DNA from: Anthoceros angustus
Taxonomy: Eukaryota > Plantae > Anthocerotophyta
Assembly (NCBI GenBank): GCA_010909165.1
Contig: VJWM01000007.1
Location: 558,001 to 622,000 of the forward strand
Direction: 5' to 3'
Length of the DNA: 64,000 nt
Part shown: positions 12,014 through 23,260 of the stretch, one piece after another
Numbering within the stretch: the stretch's first letter is position 1
Layout: each line of letters opens with the position of its first letter
Notes under the pieces: generated by a model
What the model saw: only the letters and a program-made list of their open reading frames with translations
The model's database searches: none
Told to the model about the DNA's origin: nothing
Program-made: the position numbers and the translations under genes

Positions 12014-14725
12014 CTACGACAGCGATTTCCCCGCCCACTCCCTGTTTCTTCGCTTCTCCTTAGCTTGCATTTTGTTAAACTTCTCCTTTCCCTTCTCCAG
12101 CAAAGGGTCGAAAAGCACATACTGATTTGGATCCTCATTTCTCGCCATTGAGTCCTGCGCAACATTTGCATTGTATGAGGTTGAACATTATAAAATGTAC
12201 ACTGAAAGTATGTACACTACACAAAAGTATTGGTTCGCATGAGGTTGAACACTCGTTCGCCACTAGGGACACAACCCAACGAGAAATCACACTTCCAGCT
12301 TCCAGTACCTTCTGCTTTGGATCCACCTCAAACTTCAGCTGGTGGTGCAGCCAATCATGCCCCCTTTCAATCTCGACTTCGTCGTTTGAACCAGGCTGCT
12401 TGACCTCACTTACGACCTTTGTCTGAAGCTTAGTTTTGAATTTTTCCAGCTTCGCTAATGTCTGTGAACGGACGGTGATGCCCATGAGGGTGATGCACTT
12501 GTGCAAATGAAACATCCCAGAAATCGAACATCTTAACTTTTAAAAAGAAACAGAATTGAGTGCTACATAGAGGTTTGTACACGTACTGCCTCCTCTTTGC
12601 CTTGGAGGGTGCGCTTCCGTTGCTTATACTTCTGGCGCTGCTGTTCGAGTGGCGTCAAAAGCTGGGAATCAACGTCGCTCTTGGAGTAGAGCTCTGCCTT
12701 TGCTTCAGAGCCTAAGCCTTTTTCCTTGATGACAAGTTTGTCCTTCTTACTTTTCTTTGCCAACAGTTCATCACCGCTACTATCCCTGTCTCTGTTAATA
12801 CAGGGGACGCGATCAGTCCCTGAACCACCAACATTGCTGAACACCATGATCAGTGGAGCTAAACCAAAAGGTCAGATGCAGACTGTACCTTTTGTCAGGC
12901 GGAAGCGGGGGTTTAATACTAGGCCGGTGTTTAAGAGTGCCTGCAACATTGTCATCGTCTGTGCCTGGGCATGGCAGCCGACCAAATGTTAGCAAGAAAC
13001 GACTCAGGATCATGAAACGTGGAACAGTTCATTTACACCAGCTCCTGCAACCTTTTGTAGTACTAGTCACTTTCGGTTCTTCAAACCGGCGCTTGCGCTC
13101 AAGGACTTGCTGCCTCATCTTCGAATCAAATGCATACTCAGACTCCTCATCCTCATTCCTACTTTCTTTCTTCCCAGCAGTCAGAGCTTGTCGCACAGAG
13201 GACTGCAGATCCTTCCTTCTTTTGGTTTCCTCAGGATCCTGTCATTGACAAACAACCAAAGACTCGTTGAAAGGACCTAAACATGGATTTGGAGAAAAAG
13301 GCAGGCCGAGCCACCATATCAGTCTGCACAGACACTTGTAGCACTGCAAATTACTTACCTTCTGCACATCTCCCTTCAGCAGCCGGGGATCATCAAGAAG
13401 ATCATGACTACTTCGGATTTTAGCCTTGTTAGTGGATAGAATTTGCTCCTCCTCTTCAGCCTCCTCGCCAAATGAGAGCAAGTTCAACTGCCTGGAGTGG
13501 CGTTAGAACAAAATCCGGGAAAACACTCACCCTAAAATCAACCTGCCCATCTAAGATACAGGTACATGTCTACTCACTTTTTCTTCGGAGCTTTTGTCAC
13601 TTTAGGTTCATTAGTCTCCTCAACATGTCCTAGTGAAGTTTCCTTCACCTGCCTTGGAACAATGTCCTCGAACGGATTCCAGAGCACCTGGATCAGATGA
13701 TCCACTGTCAAACACACTCATGACGTCAACTCTTTCAGTGGTGCAACTGTAGGCACCTGTAGTTACAGCGAACGCAGAAATGCATCAAAGCTCAAAAACC
13801 CTTCATAGAAATGCTCCTGGCTTGAAAACATTCGCTGTTCATCTGACACTGACAATTAAGTTCATGAACCCTTCAGCCACTTATCCAAGCTGGCAAGAAA
13901 CGCACCTCCACGGCAGTTATCTTGGGTGGCTCCACAGGACGATCGTCCGCATCAGTCTCCAGCTCCCCGATGCGCAATAGGTTGTAAATTGAATCACCTG
14001 TGATCTGGTGGAGTGCATAAACGCTATGTTAAAACAAAATACGCCTACATATCCAGCTGTGTCAAGCCTCTGATTGCAAATTATACCTTCCCAAAGATTG
14101 TGTTTTTCTTATCAAGCCAGTCAGTCCGATCTAAAGTGATGAAGAACTGGCTATTGTTGCTGTTGAAAGTCCCTGCATTTGCACAGGCAACCAACCCCCT
14201 ATGGTTGAACCGGAGCCTAGAATGGCACTCATTAGGGAAAGGTCCTCCATAGATGGTGTCACCACCTGCCATCAGTAATACAATCTTAGGACGAGCCATT
14301 CAATCAGAACAAACGCGCAAGCAACTGAAAATGAGCAAGTAGCAGACCTTTTCCGGTGCCGGTCGGATCCCCTCCTTGCACCATAAACGACTTGATAATC
14401 CGGTGAAACACAGTAGATTCATAGTAGCCCTCCAGACAAAGCTGTACGAAATTGCGAACCTGAGTTCCCACTCGACAGCACAGACCAACCACACGCAACG
14501 TCAGCTCTAGGGCACGGAAAATGGCAACGAGGACGATATCTCACACTTCACCAAGCCCCAACGAGACAAATGTCACGTTTCCAAGCTGACAACTCCTCAA
14601 ATTTGCAACAGACTTACTGCTTTGGGCGCCTCCTTAGGCCACAATTCAATGTCGAGTGGCCCAAGAGTAGTGTTGAGGACTACCTTGCCCTTCGTGGGTG
14701 GCTCCAACACATAAATTGAAGACAT
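12014..14725 (-). CDS. CYP57: Spliceosomal cyclophilin CYP57/CWC27, multi-exon
   Basis: '[17 protein letters not shown]...[11 protein letters not shown]', '[31 protein letters not shown]', '[14 protein letters not shown]', '[13 protein letters not shown]' and 'DWLHHQLKF'. The C-terminus is '[31 protein letters not shown]'. Confidence 0.93.
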
Positions 14726-14970
14726 CGTCACAAAATTTACAACGCTTTTTTGATAGCTTGAGATCCGAATCAAGAGCTTACAACGGCACTGGAAGCGATT
14801 GCACAGCCACCGCAACCTGGCCTCGGCAAACACCTTGGACCCGCGCCGGGCGGAGCCTACTTATTACCGTCGCTGATATGGCTAGCTAGTCGGGGTTGTG
14901 TGTTGCTACATATAGCGAGAATAGCCATTAGCCCATCCATGACGTTGCTCCTCCTTGCACGGCGTTTCGG

Positions 14971-15882
14971 TCACCAGATTTTTGAGAGTTGAGGGAAACG
15001 CTCCAACAGGAAGGTTACAGCCTTGATGCCCACCTGCAGTAGCACGGAATGAATGGCACTGAAAATGTTGCGCGAGAGCGAAAAGTTCAACCAGATTGCA
15101 TGCTTTACCAAGGTTGCATCGCCGGGTTTAACAGGCGACTCCACGATGTCACGGAAGTATCTGGCCAGCCAAATTGTATCTCAGCGGTGTCTAATGTCAC
15201 AAGCGGCTGGAAGAGAAGTGGCGACATAAAATCTTACTTGATTTTCCTTTCCCCTTGGACAATTTCACAACGGTAGAAGCTGCAGCCTCTGCTGAAGGGG
15301 AACGGTGTCCCTTTCCATTCTGTGTGCAGGTAAAGATAAAATACCTTCAGGCCCCAGCACAGAGGTTGCACACAGACAAGACTACCAAAGGTGTGGAACT
15401 GACCCAAATGCCAAGTCACTCCAACAGCATCAGGATCCCCTGTACTGATGTCGTCAATGACGAAGGCCAGATTTAACCCCATGCCGCCATCCGTGAACTT
15501 CTTGAACAACCCCAAAGTAGCCTGCAGAGGAGAGGATGTTCACAGGAGAAACTGGTGTGTGCGTATCTCAGGTGGGAGCAGGTCACACGTGTATGTCTCA
15601 TACCTGCTTGCCCTTGAAAGGTTCCGCAAATGTGAAGTCCTCGTACAGACAGTCGTCCGCTACGAGCTCAAGGGCGGCCTCTGGCTGACGCGTGTTGATG
15701 AGGCCGTAGAATTCCCGCACGATATCTACAGCTGGGCGCAGCTCATGGAATGATGAGTCCGGGTTGGAGCTGAGACCAACCTTGAGACGACTCACATTCC
15801 GCAACGGCACAGCAACAGGAATCCGGAACAGGGCCGGTGCGGACGTCGATGCTGCCAGGAGTCCTGGCTGGAATTTCAACAT
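14971..15882 (-). CDS. NTF2/SnoaL-like family protein with probable plastid transit peptide, multi-exon
   Basis: 'VREFYGLIN..ADDCLYEDFTFAEPFKGK', 'FVIDDISTGDPDAVGVTWHLEWKGTPFPFSRGCSFY' and 'YFRDIVESPVKPG'. The last exon reads 'VGIKAVTFLLERFPQLSKIW*'. Confidence 0.85.
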
Positions 15883-16064
15883 GACTCTGATGAATCCCGG
15901 TTTGTTGGGGTGGTGGAGCCTAGGGCTAGGGTGCGCAGCGAAGAAACTGTAGAGTGTATGTAAGCCACACTGTTTGTAAATAGTCTAGTCTAGGTGGTGG
16001 GCGGTGCGGGTGCAGCAGGTGCAGGTGCAAAGCGGGTGGTGGGCAGGAAGAAATTCGGGAAGGA

Positions 16065-18189
16065 ATGCTGTCTGGGCATTGCACCAGCAACGTGTGGGCG
16101 CAGGCTCGGACGGCTCGCTTGTTTCTGGGCCGCGTGGTGCCATGGGGGGTGCGCATGATGGGCGGGGGCCCTCGGACCTTTCCCGGCGGCGTTAGCAAGT
16201 GGCAGTGGAAGAGGATGCAGGAGAAGAAGCAGCAGCAGATCGAGAAGGCCCGCCTGCTGCGGGACCGCCAGCTCTACGAGGCCAGGAGGCGCGCAGAACT
16301 CATGGCCTCCAGCCCGCAGCTGGAGAAACCGTGGGAGGCCAGCCCTAGCTCCAGCCCCGCGGCCCCGCCCCGCTCCCACTCCCGCCCCCGTTGTCTCCGA
16401 CCCGCATATCAGGGCTCTGGCCAGCAGATTCAACAAGGGCGGCGCCATGGATTTGTGGACTCGATTCGACGGCCCCGACTACTCTGATGACGATGGGGAA
16501 GCCCCTGCTGCCGCTGCCCCATCTTCTGCACGCCTGCTGCCCCGCAAGGCAGCCAAGCCCACCGGAGACAAGAAGCGCGGCAGCCCCAGCGCTGCAGCCT
16601 CGGGCTTGGCGGCCCCCGGGACCCTGTTTCCCGACTCCAAGCGGCTGCGCCCACGCTTCCTGCAGGAGAAGGCGCAGCAGATTCATACTCAGGCTCAGGA
16701 TCAGGCTCCGGATGCGGATGCGGATGCGGATGCGGATGCGGGTGGGGATGCCCCTTCTCCGTCTCACCTGTCTCAGACTCGGTTTGATTCCTTCTCCATC
16801 TCCCCCTTCTCCATCCAGGCGCTGCACACCGTGCTCAAGTACGAGCGGATGACGGTGGTGCAGGAGCAGACGTTGCCGCTGATTCTTGACGGTGTGGACC
16901 TCTTGGCTAAGGCTAAGACGGGGACGGGGAAGACCATCGCCTTCCTGCTGCCGGCTATCGAGGCCATCTTGAAGGGTCGGGGGGAGGGGCAGTTGTCCGG
17001 GAAGAGTATCAATGTGCTGGTCATCTGCCCTACCCGGGAGCTTGCAAGCCAAGCTGCAGCGGAGGCCACCACCCTGACTAAGTTCCATTCGGGCATCGGG
17101 GCGCAGGTTGTCATTGGAGGGACTAACATGTCGTCTGAGCTGAGCCGGCTCAACAGGCTTCCCTGTCAGATATTGGTGGGCACGCCCGGCAGGCTGGTGG
17201 ATCACATTCAGTCTTCGGATGGGTTTGCGCAGCGGCTGCGGGGGCTCAAGGTGCTCGTGCTGGATGAGGCGGACCAGTTGCTGGACATGGGTTTCCGGAA
17301 GAGTTTGGACACTATAATCGCCGCTTTGCCTAGGAACCGGCAGACTTTGCTTTTCTCGGCCACCATTCCCAAGGAGGTGCACAGTGTGACGCAGGTTGCG
17401 CTGAAGAAGAACCACGTGTTTGTGGACACAGTCGGGGAAGAGGACCAGGAAACGCACGCCCGGGTGGCCCAGACCTTCATGGTGGCTCCCCTGGAGCAGC
17501 AGATAGGAGTGGCGTACAGCACATTGATGGAGCATATTGCTGAGGAGCCCAATTACAAAGTGTTGGTCTTCTGCACCACTGCTCGATCCACGCAGCTCAT
17601 GGCAGAGCTGCACCGGGAATTGGGGCTCAACGTGCGGGAGATCCATTCCAGGAAGAGCCAGGCGTTCAGGACTAGGACTTCTGACGAGTTTCGGAAGTCG
17701 CAGGGTGGTATTATCATGTTCACCTCCGATGTGTCAGCCAGGGGCGTGGACTACCCAGACGTTACTCTCGTCCTACAGGTGGGCTTGCCCGCGGGGAGGG
17801 AGCAGTACATTCATAGGCTGGGAAGAACGGGTCGGGCTGGGAAAGAGGGCCAGGGTGTTCTTCTGCTTACTCCCTGGGAAGAAAATTTTGTGAAGCAGTT
17901 GAAGGATATCTCTATTTCTGCTGCACCACTTCCACGGGTTACTTCTGACACCAACAAGAAGCTGCAGCATGCTTTGGCTAAGATCAGCAATGACACCCGG
18001 GAGAAAGCCTATGCAGCATGGTTGGGCTATTACAATTCTGCCAAGAACCTCAGCTGGAATAAGGAGACTTTAGTTCAACGAGCAAACTTGTTCAGTTCAA
18101 CCATAGGCCTGAATGCTCCCCCTTACCTTACTAAGAAAACAGTACAAATGATGGGCCTACGAGGTGTTCCAGGACTGAATGTTCAGTAG
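16065..18189 (+). CDS. RH48: Organellar DEAD-box RNA helicase (RH33/RH48-like), intronless, with an apparent frameshift near 16360-16375
   Basis: The N-terminal 'MGGGPRTFPGGVSKWQWKRMQEKK' is in one frame. 'HIRALASRFNKGGAMDLW' and the full DEAD core (AKTGTGKT, PTRELA, DEAD, SAT, ARGVD, HRLGRTGRAG) are in the next frame. The shift lies in C-homopolymer runs. Confidence 0.88.
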
Positions 18190-18329
18190 GCCAAACTAGA
18201 TTGACAATTCTTCATCTCCATTGGAGGGCCTGGACTAAGAAGGCAACTGACCAGCCTAGGTGCCCCAGAACCGGATGGTTTTCAGCTCTGGTGTAGTCGC
18301 CTTCTTGCTCAGCCTCAACAATGCACTGA

Positions 18330-18415
18330 TTATTGCACACAATTTTGTCATCGAAGCTCAAGTGTAGCCTTGTTATTGCACACAATTTTGTCATCGAAGC
18401 TCGAGTGTAGCCTTG
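18330..18415. repeat. 43-bp direct tandem duplication
   Basis: TTATTGCACACAATTTTGTCATCGAAGCTCRAGTGTAGCCTTG x2. Confidence 0.9.
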
Positions 18416-18457
18416 TGAGAGGAGCGCCCAACCTGATTATTTACCTGATTATTCTTC

Positions 18458-18977
18458 AGGCCCAACCCCCACCTTGAATCCCGCATAGGCCCAACCCCCA
18501 ACTTGAATCCCGCATAGGCCCAGCCCCACCTTGAATCCCGCATAGGCCCAGCCCCCACCTTGAATCCCGCATAGGCCCAACCCTCACCTCGAACCCGGTT
18601 GGGCCTTCCCACCGGAGGCGCAATGACAACCGCTGTCACCACTAAATCCTCCTCTGGCTCTGCTGATAAGTTTCAGGGCTGCCCCCTTTACCCTGGTGGG
18701 CCTCCTACCCCCTAGTCTTTCCTGAGAGGGGACCGAGGTTTGTTCGCCTTGGGGCTGCTCGGTCCGTTCGCCTTGGGGCTGCTCGGTCCGTTCGCCTTGG
18801 GGCTGCTCGGTCCGTTCGCCTTGGGGCTGCTCGGTCCGTTCGCCTTGGGGCTACTCGGCTGGGGCTGTTGGGGCTGTTGGGCATGTCCTTGGGGCACCGA
18901 CAAGTCCCCTCTTAACCCCGGAGGTCGGACCCACGTCCCCCCTTAACCCCGGAGGTCGGACCCAGGTCACCCCTTAA
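18458..18977. repeat. Three minisatellite arrays: 29-bp x4+ (18458-18597), 24-bp x~5 (18742-18858), ~31-bp x2+ (18906-18977)
   Basis: Units AGGCCCARCCCCCACCTTGAATCCCGCAT, GTTCGCCTTGGGGCTGCTCGGTCC and CCCCCTTAACCCCGGAGGTCGGACCCA. Confidence 0.92.
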
Positions 18978-19240
18978 TGCTAGGTTCCCATGTAGCCCGG
19001 ACCCTGAGCGTTTTTTCCAGGGATTTTTTTCCCGATTACATGTGAACGATCCCATACCGGAACTCATGACCGACAATTGCCAAGTGCCTGAAATGGGTCA
19101 TCACCAGTTCAGTACAACGGGCTGGCCTTGGGCTGTTCGCGATCGAACTCAAGTGTCGCTATGGACTTTGACAAAGCTCGGCAAGTTTCATGCTCAACAA
19201 GCAGCTACGTTTTAGGTTGAAGCTCAGGGATTGACAATCT

Positions 19241-20620
19241 ATGGCCAATGTGGAGCAAATGGTCGTCTACGGTGTAGCCCTTGCTACACTAAGTGTAGTT
19301 CGAGACTTGTCTTATTTACTGAATTACTTTGAGGGGAGTAGTGATGCTGCCATCACCGATTGCGGGCTATCTTTAAGATCTGTGAGCATGGATGACCAGA
19401 GACTTCTAGATGATGCTCTTGATAACACTGTTCTGTCATGTCAACAATTGGAGGCTGCTCTTGCAATTGCAGCCCGCACAGGACAATTACCAAGGGGATT
19501 TCTAACAGGCATTCAATTATCAACGTACTATGTGAAACCCCGCGTACAGGACATGTGGACTTTATACCTTCAAGCGGCACAAGAGGATCCAAAAAGGTTT
19601 TCCCGTTTCTATCGATTCCCATGGGCAACCTTTACGTACATCTGCAATCTAGTTCATGACGTTCTTGACCCGACTCCAGTTCCTGGATTTGTGAACATCC
19701 CAGGGAGGATTATCTCTGTGCAGAAACAGGTTGCCATTGCCTTAAGGAGACTGGCCACAGGTGATAGCTTTGTCTCTGTAGGTGAAAGCTTCGGAGTGGG
19801 ACAGTCAACTGCCTGCACAATTACTCACCGTTTTGTCAAAGCAATCATACAGAAGGCTAGGCATCACCTTGCCTAGCCATCAGCAGGTCAATTGGAGGAA
19901 GTGAAGGCAGGATTCTTTGAACGACATGGCTTCATGAACTATTGTGGTGCTATCGATGTGACCCATTTCCGGCTGGAACTACCTGTAGGAGAAAACCAAT
20001 GGGAGTATCGAGGAAGATACAAAGATTTCACAGTCGCAATGCAGGGTATCGTAGGCCCTAATAAGAAGTTCTTAGATGTAGTAACAGGCTAGCCAGGAGC
20101 TGCAAATGATACGAGAATTCTATACAACTCAGAGTTCTATCACCAAGTCAATGCAGGTGCATGGCTGAATGGACCATCCATGTTCGTGGATAACGAGGAA
20201 GTGCGAGAGTATATCATCGGAGATGCTGGCTACCCTTTGCTTCCATGGTTGATCATCCCCTTTCCTGGTCGAGGTTTGATAGCAAACAAAGAGTCTTTTA
20301 ACTTCAAGCTATCCTCTTCTCATATGGTCGTTGAGGACGCTTTCGAAGCACTGAAAAAGGTTTGGCGGATACTAGTTAGGAAAGTGTGGCAAGGCAACAT
20401 CAACTACTTCAATGCGTTGACTTATGCGTGTGTGTTACTGCACAACATTCGGATAGATCGTGGTGATGAGATAGATCCAAGACTGTTGGCAGGCGAGGAG
20501 GACGATGAAGAAGGTGGCATGCATCGAAACTTCATAGCAACTGGCCCCGGTAGTGCCGAAGGGCATAGGTTGAGAGACATCTTGATGCACATGTTATGGA
20601 GCAATGAGATGAACTCATGA
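19241..20620 (+). pseudogene. Harbinger DDE transposase (ALP1/HARBI1-like) with two in-frame TAG stops
   Basis: One 460-codon frame contains the HTH 'QVAIALRRLATGDSFVSVGESFGVGQST' and the catalytic 'CGAIDVTH', 'PGAANDTRI', 'IIGDAGYPL' and 'VVEDAF'. TAG at 19874 and 20090 replaces conserved Trp codons (LA[W]P, G[W]PG). Confidence 0.92.
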
Positions 20621-20679
20621 AATAGAAACCATACGTTCAATCCTTTGTTGTTGAGAAATAAATGTTGTGTAAGTTCTAC

Positions 20680-21864
20680 CTACCCTTTCTTGATATGGGC
20701 TGCCTCTATGATAGCTGAACTAAGACTTCGAATCCCAAGAGATATGTCGGTCATTGCCTGGACCACTCCACGCCCAAATTCAGAGTTAGCTTGCAATCTT
20801 TTCTCCTCGATACACTCATACACCTCAAGTTTCTTTTGCTCCATTGCTGTAATGGATGCTATCTTGTCACGCTCTAAGTCTAAGAGTTCCTTATGCCGTT
20901 GTTTCCGATGCTTCTCAGCTTCCCTCATGGCTTCCAGTTTTGCAGCATGATTCTCCTTCATCATGGGCACCAATCCAGTGATGGTGGAGTCCTTCGATGT
21001 TTTCCTCTTTTTACCTTTCCAGGTTGAAGCATGTTCTTGCTCCCCGTCGTCTCCAAATAGTTCTGCCTGCACTTGGGGGTCCAGCTCAGGGCAACACTCA
21101 GAATCTACTTGTCTGATATTACCCGAGCTCTCAGTACCACTGTTTAGTTTAGTGCTATCAAAAGTCCCATTGGCATTGACTGCCTTGTTGCAGCAGAACA
21201 CATACATGGCTTCATACACGGTCCGAAGGAAGGCTTTGGGCAGCTTTTGAGCAATTCTCTCAGCCTTCTCCATATTCCAATAGCTGCTCCATCCTGAATT
21301 GTGACCAGGTCGCTCCCAATCTTGGACTTTATTGAAGTCCGTCATGAGAGCTTCCCAGCGATCACGGCATTGCTTCGCCGTCCTGTAAACCTTATGGCTT
21401 GCACATGAAGTTGAAATTACAGCCCATCTTGTATTGGCAGGAGTCATCTTTTCTTTCATACCGCCGTCCCTGTGCTTCATAACATCCTCCTTCCGTACAG
21501 AAACCAATATGAGCAATTCAGATTCGTCCCACCTTTTCCCTGTATTATCTTCGTCAATGAGTGATGAATCACCTTGATTTGAAGCTTGAACCCTAGACCT
21601 TTTCTTACCCTCGGCACGGTTGGGATTCACAGACGGGTTCTGAAGACCTTGCCTTTCCAGCTCAGTCTGAAATTGTGGCCTCCAAGCTGCGGAATAGCCA
21701 GGACCTTGTAAGTGCGCTGCTACATTATCCCCAGTGTGGGTTTGGAGGAGCAAAGGACCTCCTCCCTCGCTCATGCTCAAACCTGGAGCTACACCATAAG
21801 ACAAATGTTGAGATTGAGACACGTTTCTGTTAGCAATGTCTTCACAATTTGTAGCATGCTTCAC
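20680..21864 (-). CDS. Harbinger-associated Myb/SANT (trihelix-like) DNA-binding protein, intact ORF
   Basis: 'KRWDESELLILVSVRK...RWAVISTSC...RTAKQCRDRWEALMTDFNKVQDWE...YWNM...LPKAF', followed by an NLS-like 'KGKKRK' and a C-terminal coiled coil. Tail-to-tail with the nuclease. Confidence 0.88.
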   Translation of the reverse strand: MKHATNCEDIANRNVSQSQHLSYGVAPGLSMSEGGGPLLLQTHTGDNVAAHLQGPGYSAAWRPQFQTELERQGLQNPSVNPNRAEGKKRSRVQASNQGDSSLIDEDNTGKRWDESELLILVSVRKEDVMKHRDGGMKEKMTPANTRWAVISTSCASHKVYRTAKQCRDRWEALMTDFNKVQDWERPGHNSGWSSYWNMEKAERIAQKLPKAFLRTVYEAMYVFCCNKAVNANGTFDSTKLNSGTESSGNIRQVDSECCPELDPQVQAELFGDDGEQEHASTWKGKKRKTSKDSTITGLVPMMKENHAAKLEAMREAEKHRKQRHKELLDLERDKIASITAMEQKKLEVYECIEEKRLQANSEFGRGVVQAMTDISLGIRSLSSAIIEAAHIKKG

Positions 21865-23260
21865 ACTTGATACCTACCAGGTATGCTTGGCACATTGAAT
21901 CCAGCCGGAGGTCTTGCTGAAGTCGATAAGCGAACAAAGAGTCCTGACAATGCAATGCACGCCTGACCTCAACGCTAGAGCGATTCATGTAAAGAGGGCA
22001 ACTTGCGGCCGGATGGAAATGGCAAAATAGCAGGCGATTCACGGTCCCATATGAAAATCAGCCTCTTGTCTTGCATGCCTAGGCTCGACTTGCACTAAAA
22101 TCACAGTTGCTTGTGAGTTGCCCGATCACTTTTGTTCTTTTTTGGCAATTACATCTTATTAACCAATACAGTTAATGGATATTGTTATACCTAATATAAA
22201 ATATTGAGTAAGTAAGGTATAGTGTCTATAATATTAAGTAAGGTATGATATCTTATACCTAATATAAAACATCGAGTAAGTAAGGTATAGTGTCTATAAC
22301 ACTAAGTAAGGTACAATGTCTATAACATCAAATTACAACACCTGCTATAATAATGTTGTAATTGGTGTAGTACAAAATATCTTACTATGTGATCAGAGCT
22401 TTTATCTCAGCTAGTTAATGAAACTAACTCTATATAATTAAACTGTTACTAGAACTCATAAAAGTTCTAAACAAAAAATGTATAGACTTTACCGATTGCA
22501 GGAGGAAGACTATTATGCACTGGCAATCAAATAATCTAATAGTTTGGTTGGGCAACTCTTAGGATTGGTGACATAACCATATCAAAGGAGATTTCTAAGT
22601 GCTGGTGCAGGGCTGTCTGGCTCTATCCCTATTAAACTACCCGGCTCTACCTCTACCTCAGTTAGACTATCCAGCTCGTCCGGCTCTGTCCGGCTCTACC
22701 CCTACCCCAATTAGACTGTCCAGCTCCGGCCCTACCCGCTACCCGGCTCACCCACTAGTGGGAGCTAGCACCATTATACCTAGTAGCATAGGGAGCCTCC
22801 TTCTAGTTGTGCTATAACATCTTATCACATTCTGCTATCGACTAGGGAGCCTAGAAGGACGGAGGTTGTGCTCCTAATATCTTATCACATTCTGTTATCG
22901 ACTCTTCCCGCTTTGGTTGGGGCACTTCATTCAGGAACCAATATTCGAAAGTGTCATGACTATAAAGCAGATCTGGACCCTAAAATTTAAATATTGCTCG
23001 AAAAAACTACGATTTTATTTTGACACTTGCTTATCGCCGTACTCCATGTGAACCCAAAACGTATGCAGGCCGCCCAGAGGGGTTGCCGCCTGTGGGATCG
23101 ACTGCAGAAACTCATCTGAAAAGTTCGTCCACTCTGCAGACGCATCGTTTAAGAAACCACGCCTGAAAAAGAGCTTGCCCTACAAAAGCAAACTCACGCA
23201 TTACCACACAGCAGTGAACCAGAAAAGATCGTCTGCTAGCGCTGCAGGCAGCATCGCTTC

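Larger units (their letters stand above)
18420..22560. mobile_element. PIF/Harbinger DNA transposon (nuclease + Myb/SANT gene pair, subterminal repeats)
   Basis: Convergent DDE nuclease and Myb-like ORFs, with minisatellite arrays on the left and repeated 'TAAGTAAGGTATAGTGTCTATAA' on the right. Only weak candidate TIRs (GCCCAACC ~18426 / GGTTGGGC ~22546), so the ends are uncertain. Confidence 0.8.

Noticed and set aside
16345-16390. Programmed frameshift or pseudogenisation in the DEAD-box gene
   Set aside because: Adding one C to each of two adjacent C-runs restores a clean APAPAPTPAP linker; this is typical long-read homopolymer error and the rest of the gene is intact.
16345-17646. 433-aa antisense ORF (also 47900-48805, 48559-49245 and 11337-11741)
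   Set aside because: These are shadows of GC-rich real genes on the opposite strand, with no independent motifs.
19874-20092. Stop-codon correction by A-to-I editing (UAG->UGG) in the Harbinger nuclease
   Set aside because: Plant nuclear mRNA A-to-I editing is not established, and CHG deamination explains both changes more simply.
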